Origin: Allosphingosinicella sp.
Lineage (GTDB): Bacteria > Pseudomonadota > Alphaproteobacteria > Sphingomonadales > Sphingomonadaceae
Length of the DNA: 64,000 bases
Direction: 5' to 3'
Assembly (NCBI GenBank): GCA_035710145.1
Contig: DASTDX010000012.1
Span: forward strand, 12,143-76,142
This document shows, one piece after another, positions 1 through 10,645 of the stretch. Within the stretch, counting starts at the first letter, position 1. The number at the start of each line of letters is the position of its first letter. The notes under the pieces were generated by a model that did no database searches, was not told where the DNA came from, and saw only the letters and a list, made by a program, of their open reading frames with translations. A program made the position numbers and the translations under genes.

Positions 1-102
1 CGACAAGCAAGCGAGCGACGACAGGCTTCATTCCAGCTCTCCTTCAGCTGGGTGCAGACTAAGCAGAGGTGCGCGCGTTTGACAGCCCGGACCGGAGCCA
101 GG

Positions 103-672
103 CTAATCCTGCATCCGGAGGGCGACGTCGCTCATGAAACGGGCGTCGTCACCCTTGGCCAGCCAGTCGGCTTCGGCGGCGATCGCCGCCAGCAGATCGC
201 TGAGGCGCTCGGTCTCCGCCTTGGCGTAATTGCCGAGCACGTGTTTGGTGACCCGATCCTTGTGGCCGGGATGGCCGATCCCGATTCGGACCCGGCGAAA
301 GGCATTGCCGATATGGGCGTCGAGCGAGCGGATGCCGTTATGTCCGGCCGTGCCTCCGCCCACTTTCACCTTGACCTTGAACGGAGCGAGGTCGAGCTCG
401 TCGTAGAAGACGGTGACGTCGCCGGCCTCTTTCTTGAAGAAGTCCATGGCCGCCCGGACTGACCGGCCGCTTTCGTTCATGAACGTCGCTGGCTTCAAAA
501 GGAGAATTCGCTGGCCGCCGATCCGGCCCTGCCGGGTCCAGCCTGAAAAGGCCTTCTTCGTCGGCTCGAAGTCGTGCACTTCGGCAATGCTGTCCGCGGC
601 CATGAAGCCGACATTGTGCCGGTGCATCGCATATTGCGTGCCGGGATTGCCGAGGCCGACCCAGATCTGCAC
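103..672 (-). CDS. pth: peptidyl-tRNA hydrolase
   Basis: ORF 103..777 translation carries Pth signatures (QIWVGLGNPG, HRHNVGFMAAD, GGTAGHNGIRS). Start is uncertain: TTG 777, ATG 729 or GTG 672. GTG 672 gives about 189 aa starting at QIWVGLGNPG, the usual Pth N-terminus. Confidence 0.9.
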   Translation of the reverse strand: MQIWVGLGNPGTQYAMHRHNVGFMAADSIAEVHDFEPTKKAFSGWTRQGRIGGQRILLLKPATFMNESGRSVRAAMDFFKKEAGDVTVFYDELDLAPFKVKVKVGGGTAGHNGIRSLDAHIGNAFRRVRIGIGHPGHKDRVTKHVLGNYAKAETERLSDLLAAIAAEADWLAKGDDARFMSDVALRMQD

Positions 673-777
673 GGGTGTGAAATCCCCCCAGTCTTCGGCT
701 GCAGGGGCGTCCGCCGGCTGGCCCGGCATCTCCACGCGTCGAGGCGCGAAGAGCGAGGCCAGCCAGCGGAACGACAA

Positions 778-1455
778 TTAGCCTTCCTCGGACTCGGCGG
801 CTTCTTCCTCGCCGACCAGAGGCACTTCGGCGGAGGGCTCTTCCTCGCCGGCCTCGGCCGCAGCGGCTTCGGCAGCTTCGGCCTTGATCCCCGACGGGGC
901 GACGATCGTCGCGATCGTGAAATCGCGATCGGTGATCGCCGAGCTGGTGCCTTCGGGCAGGCTGACATGGCTGATGTGGATCGAATCGCCGATATCGGTT
1001 CCGGCGAGATCGATGACGATCTCTTCAGGGATCTCGGCGGCGTCGCAAACCAGCTCGAGCTCGTGGCGAACGGAGTTGAGCACGCCCCCACGCTTGAGGC
1101 CCTTCGATTCCTCCTCGTTGACGAAGCGGATCGGCACCGCGACGGTCACCGTCGCATGCTCGGCGATCCGCAGGAAATCGACATGCACCGGGCGGTCGGT
1201 CACCGGGTGGAACTGGACGTCCTTCGGCAGAGTGCGGGTGGTCGCGCCGCCCGCATCGATCATCACGACCGAGTTCATGAAGTGGCCCGTGGACAAGGCT
1301 TTGATCAGCGCCTTCTCCTCGAGGTGGATCGAAAGGGGTTCCTTCTTCTCGCCGTAGACGACGGCGGGGACTCGGCCTTGGTTGCGCAGTGCACGGGAGG
1401 CTCCCTTGCCAGCCCGTTCGCGCGTCTCGGCCGACAGCGTCAGCTGTTCGCTCAT
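778..1455 (-). CDS. rplY: 50S ribosomal protein L25 / general stress protein Ctc
   Basis: From the internal ATG at 1455: [35 protein letters not shown]..., the L25/Ctc fold with an acidic Ala/Glu-rich tail. The 227 aa upstream in ORF 778..2136 is Arg/Ser/Pro-rich and overlaps the next gene, so it is discarded. Confidence 0.9.
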   Translation of the reverse strand: MSEQLTLSAETRERAGKGASRALRNQGRVPAVVYGEKKEPLSIHLEEKALIKALSTGHFMNSVVMIDAGGATTRTLPKDVQFHPVTDRPVHVDFLRIAEHATVTVAVPIRFVNEEESKGLKRGGVLNSVRHELELVCDAAEIPEEIVIDLAGTDIGDSIHISHVSLPEGTSSAITDRDFTIATIVAPSGIKAEAAEAAAAEAGEEEPSAEVPLVGEEEAAESEEG

Positions 1456-1642
1456 TGCATGTCTCCAAAATGCGGGTTGCTTTGATAATTCCCGCCCACG
1501 CCTCCAGGGATGAATATGGGCAGGAAGCGGCGGCCTATAAGGGAGCAAGGCGGGAAATGCAAACCGTGCCGGGAACCACGAACCCACCATTTCCCCGGCT
1601 TTTACCTCGTTCGGACAGGCCGCTTCGGACCGCCTTGCGAGG

Positions 1643-2602
1643 TCAGGATCCCGATCGGGCCGGACGCTCGGCATTTTCGACCCGGTCGGCCTCGAAGCCA
1701 TAGGCGCCGAGCAGGGTCTGAACGCTGTGCGGGCCGGCAAGATGGCCTGCGCCGACCGCAATGAAGACCTTGCCCGGGCGCTGCATTCGCTGGCTGATGA
1801 GATTCGCCCATCGCGCGTTGCGACGGGTGAACAGCCATTGGTGAAGCTCCGGAGATTCCCGCATCGATCCGTGCATCGTCGCGACAAGCCCTTCGACGTC
1901 GCCGGTGGACCAGGCCGCAAGCATCGGCGCCATCTGTTCGTCCATTTGATCGAGCTGTTGGATCGTCTGACTGAGCTGGGTAAGTTGCTGTTCCTCCGGC
2001 AAGGAGTCGAACAGGCGGAGCTGCCATTCGACCCCCTCCAGCTCCGACACCGGCATTCGCCGTTCCCGCGCGGCCCGGGAAAGGGTCGCCTCAGGCCCGT
2101 GTTCGGGACGGACGCCGAGCCGCTGGGCGGCGGCATTGACCATAGTCATCGAGACGAACCAGGGCTCGAGCGGATCGAAGGCGGCGGCGGGAATGCCGAT
2201 CGACGACAGGGCCTCGCCGAGCGCCGTGTTTTGCTCCACCGACAGCCGTGCGGACAGCTTGCGGCCGTTGGGATCGACGGCGTAGCGCATCACCAGAGGC
2301 TGAAGCTCGGCGAGATTCTCCGGGATGATCGCCTCGAGCATCAGTTCGTCGGAGGAATCGAAGGCGGCCTTTACCTCGTCGTTGAACCATGGGCGGCCGT
2401 CCAGCATGTGGAAAGTGCCGAACAGATAGATGGTCGTATCCTCGTCGCGAACGACCCACATGGCCGGATTGGCGTCCGGCAGCGGCGTCGCGGCGGCGAC
2501 CTGGGCTCCCGAATCCGCGGCGGCCTGCGCCGATTCCGTCTGCGCGGCGCCGGCGATCGACGGCGCCAGGAGCAGGGCACCAGCCAGGAATAGCTTCTTC
2601 AT
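1643..2602 (-). CDS. TraB/GumN family protein (secreted)
   Basis: N-terminal signal peptide [28 protein letters not shown] and [13 protein letters not shown] motifs are typical of the TraB/GumN family. Confidence 0.75.
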   Translation of the reverse strand: MKKLFLAGALLLAPSIAGAAQTESAQAAADSGAQVAAATPLPDANPAMWVVRDEDTTIYLFGTFHMLDGRPWFNDEVKAAFDSSDELMLEAIIPENLAELQPLVMRYAVDPNGRKLSARLSVEQNTALGEALSSIGIPAAAFDPLEPWFVSMTMVNAAAQRLGVRPEHGPEATLSRAARERRMPVSELEGVEWQLRLFDSLPEEQQLTQLSQTIQQLDQMDEQMAPMLAAWSTGDVEGLVATMHGSMRESPELHQWLFTRRNARWANLISQRMQRPGKVFIAVGAGHLAGPHSVQTLLGAYGFEADRVENAERPARSGS

Positions 2603-2626
2603 TCACGATTCTCCTTGGCAATTCGT

Positions 2627-3073
2627 TTAGCGGAAACGGTAAAACAGGGAAGCCAGAGCGAGGGACGCCCAGAAGACGAGGAACAGGATTCCGTGCATCG
2701 GCTCCCGCACCAGGTCGGCCATCCACAACAGGAACCAGGGGGGATAGAGGACCAGATAGACGGCGCCAGCGACCGCTGCCGCCTTGTACTGGGTCAGCTG
2801 TTCGAACTCGTCCGTCTGCCTCGACAAGGCGATCCCGCCGCCCAATATGGCGGCCAGATAAGCGAAAGCGAGGCCGATGGCGAACGGCGCCGGCCAGATC
2901 CGAGGGCCGGTGAAAAGGCTTTCGGCCTCGGTAAAGCCGATGATGAATCCGCCGACGAAGCCGACGACGATGAGCCCGCCGATGATGACGCCCTTGCGCC
3001 GCCGCCTTTGCCGGTCGATCTGCTCGCCGGAATCCGCCGATTCAAACCCGCCACTTGTCCCCACCCTGTTCAT
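2627..3073 (-). CDS. hypothetical multi-pass membrane protein (partner of small XRE regulator)
   Basis: 148 aa with about four hydrophobic helices. Its start overlaps the stop of the upstream HTH gene by 32 nt. High GC3. Confidence 0.6.
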   Translation of the reverse strand: MNRVGTSGGFESADSGEQIDRQRRRRKGVIIGGLIVVGFVGGFIIGFTEAESLFTGPRIWPAPFAIGLAFAYLAAILGGGIALSRQTDEFEQLTQYKAAAVAGAVYLVLYPPWFLLWMADLVREPMHGILFLVFWASLALASLFYRFR

Positions 3074-3257
3074 CTTCGAAAATCTCCTCGATGCTGAGGC
3101 CGAACAGCCGCGAGAGGCGGAAGGCGAGGGGCAGGCTCGGATCGTGCTTGCCGGTCTCGATCGCGTTCACCGCCTGGCGTGAGACTCCGAGCCGGCCGCC
3201 AAGCTCAGCCTGGCTCCACCCGCGTTCCGCCCGCAACACCCGCAATCGGTTTCGCAT
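3042..3257 (-). CDS. XRE-family helix-turn-helix transcriptional regulator (about 71 aa)
   Basis: From the ATG at 3257: MRNRLRVLRAERGWSQAELGGRLGVSRQAVNAIETGKHDPSLPLAFRLSRLFGLSIEEIF, a classic HTH_3/Cro-C1 motif. The longer track ORF (to 3449) has a non-homologous N-terminus. Confidence 0.8.
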   Translation of the reverse strand: MRNRLRVLRAERGWSQAELGGRLGVSRQAVNAIETGKHDPSLPLAFRLSRLFGLSIEEIFEDEQGGDKWRV

Positions 3258-3433
3258 TCTCTCTCGTTTCGCGGCTCTCTGGCCTGTCAGGCAACACTGA
3301 CCATATGTCAATAAAACCTGACTACCCCATTCGTGCTGATGTGTCAAGCAAACATGACACCCCGGCGGAGTGTGATCGCAATCGGCGGCGAACCGGGGAA
3401 TTTCCCGGCGAGGCGGCGGTTCCTTGACCCATA

Positions 3434-4357
3434 ATGCCCCATCCGCCAAAGCGGGCCATCCCTTGTTGCACCCGCGAAGGCCGATCGTTGGACAGCCAGC
3501 CGCTCTCGTTCCAGAAGCTGATCCTGACGCTCCATGAATATTGGGGCGCGCAGGGTTGCGTCATCCTTCAGCCCTACGATCTGGAGATGGGCGCCGGTAC
3601 CTTTCACCCAGCGACCACGCTTCGCGCGCTCGGCCCCGAGCCATGGAAGGCGGCGTTCGTTCAGCCCTGCCGAAGGCCCACCGACGGCCGCTACGGCGAG
3701 AACCCGAACCGGCTTCAGCATTATTACCAGTATCAGGTGATTCTGAAGCCGAGCCCCAATGATCTTCAGCAGCTCTATCTCGGCAGCCTGGCCGCGATCG
3801 GCATCGACTTCACCCGGCACGACATCCGCTTCGTCGAGGACGATTGGGAAAGCCCGACTCTGGGCGCCTGGGGGCTGGGCTGGGAAGTCTGGTGCGACGG
3901 CATGGAGGTCACCCAGTTCACCTATTTCCAGCAAATGGGCGGGTTCGACTGCCGCCCCGTTTCCGGCGAGCTGACCTACGGGCTCGAGCGCCTCGCCATG
4001 TACATCCAGAACAAGGACAGCGTCTTCGATCTCGACTTCAACGATTCGGGCGTCAGCTATGGTGACGTCTTCCTCGAGAACGAAAAGCAGATGTCGACCT
4101 GGAACTTCGAGGTGGCGAACACGGACAGCCTGTTCGACCTGTTCCGAAAGGCCGCCGCGGAGTGCGAGAATTGTCTGTCGGCAGGTCTCCCGATCCCGGC
4201 TTATGAGCAGGCGATCAAGGCCAGCCACGTCTTCAACCTGCTCAATGCCCGCGGAGTCATCTCGGTCGCCGAGCGCCAGGCCTATATCGGCCGGGTGCGG
4301 GATCTGGCGAAGGGCGCCTGTGCCGCCTGGATGGAAAAGAACGGGTGGGCGGCGTGA
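3434..4357 (+). CDS. glyQ: glycine--tRNA ligase alpha subunit
   Basis: [47 protein letters not shown] is the GlyQ hallmark. An alternative in-frame TTG start at 3488 would give about 289 aa. The stop overlaps the glyS ATG (ATGA). Confidence 0.93.
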   Translation: MPHPPKRAIPCCTREGRSLDSQPLSFQKLILTLHEYWGAQGCVILQPYDLEMGAGTFHPATTLRALGPEPWKAAFVQPCRRPTDGRYGENPNRLQHYYQYQVILKPSPNDLQQLYLGSLAAIGIDFTRHDIRFVEDDWESPTLGAWGLGWEVWCDGMEVTQFTYFQQMGGFDCRPVSGELTYGLERLAMYIQNKDSVFDLDFNDSGVSYGDVFLENEKQMSTWNFEVANTDSLFDLFRKAAAECENCLSAGLPIPAYEQAIKASHVFNLLNARGVISVAERQAYIGRVRDLAKGACAAWMEKNGWAA

Positions 4358-6591
4358 TGGCCGATTTCCTGCTCGAGCTTCTGTCCGAGGAAATTCCGGC
4401 GCGGATGCAGGCGAAAGCCGCGAACGACCTCGTGCGCCTGTTCCAGGATCGGATCGCCCAAGCGGGCCTGACGCCGGAAAGTGTCGTTTCCTACGTCACT
4501 CCGCGCCGGCTTGCCTTGATCGCCCGCAACCTTCCGGCCGAGACGGCGGCGGTCAGCGAGGAGATCAAGGGGCCCCGGGTTTCGGCCCCGCCCCAGGCGC
4601 TCGAAGGTTTCCTGCGCAAGACCAGGCTCGGAGCGGAGCAGCTGGTCGAGCGCGATGGCGTCTATTTCGCGACGGTGGAGTCGCCTGGCCGACCGACCGC
4701 CGACCTTCTCGCCGAAGCCGTTCCCGACGTGCTTCGGGCCTTCCCGTGGCCGAAATCGATGCGCTGGGGCGAGGCTTCGGCCGCGTCCGAAAGCCTGCGT
4801 TGGGTCAGGCCGCTTCAGGGCATCGTCGCCTTGCTCGGCGAGCAGATCGTCGAGTTCGAGATCGCTGGAATCCGCTCCGGCGCGGCCACCGTCGGCCATC
4901 GATTCCACCATCCGGGGACGATCACGATCGGAAGCGCGGGCGATTATGTCGAGAAGCTCCGCGCCTGCCATGTCATTCTCGACCCCGCCGAACGTCGCCA
5001 GCTGATTGCCGATGGCGCAGCCAAGGCGGCCACAGAGGCCGGCCTGGTCCTGGTCGAGGATGAAGGTCTGCTTCAGGAGAATGCCGGCCTTACCGAATGG
5101 CCGGTCCCGCTTCTCGGCAGCTTCGATCCGGAATTCCTGAGGGTCCCCCGTGAAGTGATCCAGCTGACGATGCGGACCAATCAGAAGTATTTTGCGCTTG
5201 TCGACAGCGCCGGAAACCTCGCCCCTCACTTCATCTGCGTCGCCAATATCGTGGCGTCGGACGGCGGGGCGGCGATCGCCGAAGGCAACCGCAAGGTCCT
5301 GGCCGCCCGCCTGTCCGACGCGAAATTCTTCTGGGAGCACGATCTCAAGGTGCCGCTGGCGGATCGGGCCGCGACGCTGCAGCAGATCGTCTTCCACGAG
5401 AAACTGGGCAGCGTCGCCGACAAGGTGGAACGGGTCGCCCGGCTTGCCAAATGGCTGGTCCAGGAGCGAATCGTGCGCCGGGTCGACGCCGATCAGGTCC
5501 AAAGGGCCGCCCGGCTGGCCAAGGCCGATCTGGTGAGCGAGAGCGTCGGCGAGTTTCCCGAGCTTCAGGGAACGCTCGGCGGATATCTCGCCCGGGCCCA
5601 GGGCGAGCCGGACGCGGTCGCCGATGCGATACGCGATCATTACCGGCCGGCCGGCCAAAGCGACGACGTGCCGGACGATCCGGTCACCGCCACGGTTAAT
5701 ATCGCCGACCGCATCGACACGTTGGTGGCGTTCTTCTCGATTGGCGAAAAGCCGACAGGCTCGCGCGATCCGTTCGCGCTGCGCAGGGCCGCGCTGAGTC
5801 TCCTGCAGATCCTGGTCCGAAACGGCCTTCGGATTCCGCTCCGCGAGGTCCTTGTGCAGGCTGCCGTGCTCCTGAAGCTGTCGCAGCTGGGCGCTCTGTC
5901 TTCGGTGACCTTCCCCGATCTGCTCGACGAGGAAGAAGGCGACCACGAAGTCACCGCCGAGGTCGGCTCCTTCACCTATCGTTACGGCAGCCGGGTCTCG
6001 ACCCGCTGGAATTCGGCGCTGACCCCGAAGATCGAGCGCGGCCAGATGATCGAGGAAGTCATCGACCTCCAGGACGCCGTGATGTTGTTCTTCGCCGACC
6101 GGCTCAAGGTCCAGCAGCGCGAGGCCGGGGTTCGCCACGATCTGATCGACGCCGTGTTCGCGCTCGGCGGGGAAGACGATCTCGTCAGGCTGCTGGCGCG
6201 GGTGAAGGCGCTCCAGGCGTTCGTCGAATCGGCCCAGGGCGCCGACCTGCTGTCCGGGTACAAGCGCGCCGCGAACATCCTGAAGAAGGAGAGCTGGAAC
6301 TCCCGCAAGCTCAACGACAGCACTTTCCCCTACAGCCCGGAGCCCGAGGAACGGGCGCTGGACGAAGCCCTCGATGTGGCCGACCCGCGCGTGGCGGCCG
6401 CGGTGGCCGAGGAGGATTTCGAACGCGCGATGAAGGTCCTCGCCGGCCTGCGCGGTCCGGTCGATGATTTCTTCGAAAAGGTGACGGTGAACGATGAAGA
6501 TCCCGTCCGGCGGGAAACCCGGCTCAATCTGCTTGCCCGAATGCGGGATGCCGTTCACCGGGTCGCGGATTTTTCGAGGATCGAAGGGTGA
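4357..6591 (+). CDS. glyS: glycine--tRNA ligase beta subunit
   Basis: [18 protein letters not shown] is the GlyS N-terminus, from an ATG at 4357 overlapping the glyQ TGA. About 744 aa with full-length collinear similarity to GlyS. Confidence 0.93.
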   Translation: MADFLLELLSEEIPARMQAKAANDLVRLFQDRIAQAGLTPESVVSYVTPRRLALIARNLPAETAAVSEEIKGPRVSAPPQALEGFLRKTRLGAEQLVERDGVYFATVESPGRPTADLLAEAVPDVLRAFPWPKSMRWGEASAASESLRWVRPLQGIVALLGEQIVEFEIAGIRSGAATVGHRFHHPGTITIGSAGDYVEKLRACHVILDPAERRQLIADGAAKAATEAGLVLVEDEGLLQENAGLTEWPVPLLGSFDPEFLRVPREVIQLTMRTNQKYFALVDSAGNLAPHFICVANIVASDGGAAIAEGNRKVLAARLSDAKFFWEHDLKVPLADRAATLQQIVFHEKLGSVADKVERVARLAKWLVQERIVRRVDADQVQRAARLAKADLVSESVGEFPELQGTLGGYLARAQGEPDAVADAIRDHYRPAGQSDDVPDDPVTATVNIADRIDTLVAFFSIGEKPTGSRDPFALRRAALSLLQILVRNGLRIPLREVLVQAAVLLKLSQLGALSSVTFPDLLDEEEGDHEVTAEVGSFTYRYGSRVSTRWNSALTPKIERGQMIEEVIDLQDAVMLFFADRLKVQQREAGVRHDLIDAVFALGGEDDLVRLLARVKALQAFVESAQGADLLSGYKRAANILKKESWNSRKLNDSTFPYSPEPEERALDEALDVADPRVAAAVAEEDFERAMKVLAGLRGPVDDFFEKVTVNDEDPVRRETRLNLLARMRDAVHRVADFSRIEG

Positions 6592-6643
6592 AAGGCCGGC
6601 CTTTCAGGGCAGCCGGCGCAGATCTGGCGACTGAAAGGCGAAG

Positions 6644-9307
6644 ATGACCCAATATGTGTACCGGTTCGGCGGCGGCGTCTCCGACGGCAAGGCGGGGGAC
6701 AAGGCTCTGCTCGGCGGCAAGGGTGCGAACCTTGCCGAAATGGCCTCGATCGGTCTGCCCGTGCCGCCGGGCTTCACCATCTCCACCGAAATGTGTGCCC
6801 GTTATTATGACGAGGGCCAGAAATTCCCGGATTCCCTGCGCGAGGAAGTGGCCCGGGGAATCGCGCATATCGAGCGGGTGACGGGAAAGGTCTTCGGCGA
6901 CGTGACTAATCCGTTGCTCGTTTCGGTTCGCTCGGGCGCCCGCGCGTCGATGCCCGGGATGATGGACACGGTGCTCAATCTCGGCCTCAATGACGAGACG
7001 GTACGCGGCCTCGCCGCCGCGTCCGGCGATGCCCGTTTCGCCTGGGACAGCTATCGCCGGTTCGTCCAGATGTACGCCAATGTCGTGCTCGACCTTGGCC
7101 ACGATCCGTTCGAGGAGGCGCTCGAGATCGCCAAGGAGGACAAGGGCGTCCATCTGGACACCGAGCTGGAGGCAAACGACTGGGAGCGGGTCACGGCCCG
7201 GTTCAAGGAACTGGTCGAACAGGGATGGGGCCATCCCTTTCCGCAGGACGCGCATGAGCAATTGTGGGGCGCCGTCGGCGCCGTCTTCGGCTCCTGGCAG
7301 TCCGATCGCGCAAGGACCTATCGGCGCCTCCATCACATTCCGGGCGACTGGGGCACGGCCGTCAACGTCCAGGCGATGGTGTTCGGCAACATGGGCGAAA
7401 CCTCCGCGACCGGCGTCGCCTTCACCCGCGATCCAGCGACCGGCGAGCGGGCTTATTACGGCGAATATCTGATCAACGCTCAGGGCGAGGACGTCGTCGC
7501 CGGAATTCGAACCCCGCAATATCTGACCCGGGCGGCCCGGGAGCGGGCAGGGGCGAAGGCCCCGTCGATGGAAGAAAGACTGCCGGAAATCTTTGTCGAA
7601 CTGACGAAGAACTTCGATCTGCTCGAGGCGCATTACCGTGAGATGCAGGACATCGAGTTCACGGTCGAGCGCGGCAAATTGTGGATGCTCCAGACCCGTA
7701 CCGGGAAGCGCACCGCCAAGGCTTCGCTTCGGATCGCGGTCGACATGGCGCAGGAAGGCCTGATCTCGACGGACGAGGCCGTGCTTCGGATCGATCCGGC
7801 CCAGCTCGACCAGTTGCTCCACCCGACCCTCGATCCGAAGGCCGAGCGCAACGTGATCGCCAAGGGGCTGCCGGCGTCGCCGGGCGCCGCTTGCGGCAAG
7901 GCGGTGTTCGACGCCGACACCGCGCAGGCCTGGGCCGAGCGCAAGGAAAAGGTGATCCTGGTGAGGGTCGAGACGAGCCCCGAGGATATTCACGGGATGC
8001 ACGCCGCCGAGGGAATCCTCACCGCGCGCGGTGGCATGACCAGCCATGCCGCGGTCGTCGCCAGAGGCATGGGGCGCCCATGCGTCAGCGGCGCCGGCAC
8101 GATTTCGATCGACTACAAGAACCGGCTGATGCGGGTCGGCGACCAGGAATATCGCGAAGGCGAGATCATCACCCTCGACGGTACCACCGGCGAAGTCATG
8201 CTGGGCGAGGTCGCGACGGTTCAGCCCGAACTGGTCGGCGACTTCGGAACCCTGATGGAATGGGCGGACGCTCGCCGTCGCTTGCGGGTCCGCGCCAATG
8301 CCGAGACTCCGACGGATTGCCGCGCCGCCCGAGAATTCGGGGCCGAGGGCATCGGTCTGTGCCGGACCGAGCACATGTTCTTCGATTCCGAGCGGATCGC
8401 GAACGTCAGGCAGATGATCCTTGCCGGCGACGAAGCCGGCCGGCGAAGCGCGCTCGACAAGCTTCTTCCCGCGCAGCGTGGCGATTTCGAGCAGATCTTC
8501 CGGATCATGGCGGGGCTGCCGGTGACGATCCGCTTGCTCGATCCGCCGCTGCACGAATTCCTTCCGAACAGCGAAGAGGAATTCGCCGAGGTCGCGCGCG
8601 GGGCAGGGGTCGACGTCGAGGTCCTTAGGCGCCGGGCGAGCGAGCTGCACGAGGTCAATCCGATGCTCGGCCATCGCGGCTGCCGGCTCGGGATCACCTA
8701 TCCCGAAATCTACGAAATGCAGGCCAGAGCGATCTTCGAGGCTTCAGTCGCGGTTGCCCGCGACGGCGAGGCGCCGATCCCGGAGATCATGGTGCCTCTG
8801 GTCGCCACCCGTACGGAGCTTCGGATCATCCGCGAGCTGATCGATCGCGTTGCCGCTCAGGTGTTCGAGGAACAGGGTCTGACCCTGGACTATCTGGTCG
8901 GGACGATGATCGAGTTGCCGCGCGCCGCCTTGGCCGCTGCCGGAATCGCCGAGGAGGCGCAGTTCTTCAGCTTCGGTACCAATGATCTCACCCAGACGGC
9001 GCTCGGCGTCAGCCGGGACGATGCGGGGCGCTTCCTCTCGATCTATGTCGAAAAGGGCATCTTTGACCGTGATCCCTTCGTCAGTCTCGACGTCGAAGGC
9101 GTCGGCGAACTCATCGCCATTGCCGCGGAGCGGGGGAGGGGAGCCAAAGATTCCCTCAAGCTCGGCATCTGCGGCGAGCATGGCGGGGACCCGGCCTCGA
9201 TCGCCTTCTGCGAGCGAACCGGCCTGGATTATGTCAGCGCCTCGCCTTACCGCGTGCCGATCGCCCGGCTGGCGGCAGCCCAGGCGGCTTTACGTTCGAC
9301 AGGTTAG
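6644..9307 (+). CDS. ppdK: pyruvate, phosphate dikinase
   Basis: 887 aa. N-terminus MTQYVYRFGGG..GDKALLGGKGANLAEMASIGLPVPPGFTIST. Phosphohistidine region GGMTSHAAVVARGMG and PEP-utilising C-terminal domain (GICGEHGGDP). Confidence 0.95.
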   Translation: MTQYVYRFGGGVSDGKAGDKALLGGKGANLAEMASIGLPVPPGFTISTEMCARYYDEGQKFPDSLREEVARGIAHIERVTGKVFGDVTNPLLVSVRSGARASMPGMMDTVLNLGLNDETVRGLAAASGDARFAWDSYRRFVQMYANVVLDLGHDPFEEALEIAKEDKGVHLDTELEANDWERVTARFKELVEQGWGHPFPQDAHEQLWGAVGAVFGSWQSDRARTYRRLHHIPGDWGTAVNVQAMVFGNMGETSATGVAFTRDPATGERAYYGEYLINAQGEDVVAGIRTPQYLTRAARERAGAKAPSMEERLPEIFVELTKNFDLLEAHYREMQDIEFTVERGKLWMLQTRTGKRTAKASLRIAVDMAQEGLISTDEAVLRIDPAQLDQLLHPTLDPKAERNVIAKGLPASPGAACGKAVFDADTAQAWAERKEKVILVRVETSPEDIHGMHAAEGILTARGGMTSHAAVVARGMGRPCVSGAGTISIDYKNRLMRVGDQEYREGEIITLDGTTGEVMLGEVATVQPELVGDFGTLMEWADARRRLRVRANAETPTDCRAAREFGAEGIGLCRTEHMFFDSERIANVRQMILAGDEAGRRSALDKLLPAQRGDFEQIFRIMAGLPVTIRLLDPPLHEFLPNSEEEFAEVARGAGVDVEVLRRRASELHEVNPMLGHRGCRLGITYPEIYEMQARAIFEASVAVARDGEAPIPEIMVPLVATRTELRIIRELIDRVAAQVFEEQGLTLDYLVGTMIELPRAALAAAGIAEEAQFFSFGTNDLTQTALGVSRDDAGRFLSIYVEKGIFDRDPFVSLDVEGVGELIAIAAERGRGAKDSLKLGICGEHGGDPASIAFCERTGLDYVSASPYRVPIARLAAAQAALRSTG

Positions 9308-9546
9308 ACCGGACGATCTTCCGCGCGCCGGTCGGCATCCCGCACCGCATCGCGATGGAGCGCCTCGCTCTGCACCTGTCCCTTGCGCAGATCGCGATTC
9401 TCGGCCTCGATCGCTTCGCGGCGTCTGACTTCCTCGCGATAGCGGCGCTTCCATTTCCCGCCGGCCAGGAAGGCCATGCCGAGAAACAGCCCCAGCAGGA
9501 ATGCGAGCAGCAGCACCAGCCACTGGTCGAGTGTAAAGGCGTCCAT
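9304..9546 (-). CDS. hypothetical small membrane-anchored coiled-coil protein
   Basis: From the internal ATG: MDAFTLDQWLVLLLAFLLGLFLGMAFLAGGKWKRRYREEVRRREAIEAENRDL. One TM helix plus a charged tail. Its stop overlaps the ppdK stop convergently (TTAG). Confidence 0.45.
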   Translation of the reverse strand: MDAFTLDQWLVLLLAFLLGLFLGMAFLAGGKWKRRYREEVRRREAIEAENRDLRKGQVQSEALHRDAVRDADRRAEDRPV

Positions 9547-9630
9547 GCCCCAGATCCTCCGTCGTCGCCCAAACCAATAGTCTGAGCCTTCCAATCGCGC
9601 GACGGCGGGATTGTTCCGCCGCCGTCGCGA

Positions 9631-10626
9631 TCAGTTCGACAGGAGGGCGTCGTTGATCGAGCAGGCCGCAGGGCCGAGGATGACGATGAACAGCACCGGA
9701 AGGATGAACAGGATCAAAGGCACGGTCATGATCGCCGGCAGCCGGGCCGCTTTCTCTTCGGCCCGCATCATCCGTTCGTTGCGGAACTCGGCCGAAAGCA
9801 CGCGCAGGGCGCTGGCCAGAGGCGTGCCGTATTTCTCGGTCTGAATCATGGTGGTGACCACGCCCCGGATCGAATCCAGGTCGATACGGTTGGCAAGGTT
9901 CTCGAAAGCGCTCCTCCGGTCGGTGAGGAAGCCGAGCTCGATCGCGGTCAAAGCGAATTCGTCGCCAAGCTCCGGATAGGCCTTGCCGAGTTCCCGGGCG
10001 ACCCGTCCGAATGCGGCATCGACGGTGAGGCCGGCCTCGGCGCAGATGACCAAAAGATCGAGCGCGTCCGGAAGGCCCTTGCGGATCGCGTGAGTGCGCT
10101 TGTCGACCTTGTTCTTCAGCCACAGATCGGGAGCCTTGTAGGCGAGCAGAAGGGTGCCGGCGACCAGGCCGTATTTCTTGAACGCCCCCCAGGTCGGGAA
10201 CCAGTCGAGCAGATAGACGAACGTGATCGCCAGGCCGCCGAACACCAACGGCAGAATGAAGCGGGCGAAGATGACGACGAAGGCGAGGTCCTTGGACCGG
10301 ATCCCGGCCTGCATCAGCCGCTGCTGGGCCTTCTCCACCTGCTCCGCCTGAAGCATCTTCATCGACGAGAGCAGGCCGCGAACCCGGTCGGCGACCTCGT
10401 TCTTGTTGCTGATGTTGCGCCGGCGCTTGGAGGTCGACGCGACGATACCGGCTTTCAGCTGCTCACGGCGTTCGTTGAGCGCCTTGACCCTTTTCGCCAT
10501 CGGATCGCGGACGGTCGTCGCCGCATAGATGGCGACCAGCACCGCGAACGTGGCCACGGCGGACAACGCAGTTGCCACCATGACGACGTCGATCCCCATG
10601 AGAGTCGGGCCGGATGCGGGTGCCAT
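9631..10626 (-). CDS. tadC: Flp pilus assembly inner-membrane protein TadC (T2SS F-family)
   Basis: 331 aa with a T2SSF-type domain (DALDLLVICAEAGL..., GTPLASALRVLSAEFR) and flanking TM helices. Last gene of the cpa/tad operon. Confidence 0.85.
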   Translation of the reverse strand: MAPASGPTLMGIDVVMVATALSAVATFAVLVAIYAATTVRDPMAKRVKALNERREQLKAGIVASTSKRRRNISNKNEVADRVRGLLSSMKMLQAEQVEKAQQRLMQAGIRSKDLAFVVIFARFILPLVFGGLAITFVYLLDWFPTWGAFKKYGLVAGTLLLAYKAPDLWLKNKVDKRTHAIRKGLPDALDLLVICAEAGLTVDAAFGRVARELGKAYPELGDEFALTAIELGFLTDRRSAFENLANRIDLDSIRGVVTTMIQTEKYGTPLASALRVLSAEFRNERMMRAEEKAARLPAIMTVPLILFILPVLFIVILGPAACSINDALLSN

Positions 10627-10645
10627 ATCCTGAATATCCCTCTGA

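Noticed and set aside
1-31. Possible start of a minus-strand gene: ATG at 29..31 preceded by GAAGGAGAG, reading MKPVVARLLV.
   Set aside because: Only 10 codons lie inside the window, too little to support a call.
1456-2136. N-terminal 227-aa extension of the L25 ORF in the track (778..2136).
   Set aside because: The extension is Arg/Ser/Pro-rich, overlaps the TraB/GumN gene in antisense, and L25 homology begins exactly at the internal ATG (1455).
4282-8674. 758-aa and 716-aa minus-strand ORFs antisense to glyS and ppdK.
   Set aside because: Same shadow-frame artefact. The plus-strand products have full-length, unmistakable homology, and the antisense translations are low-complexity.
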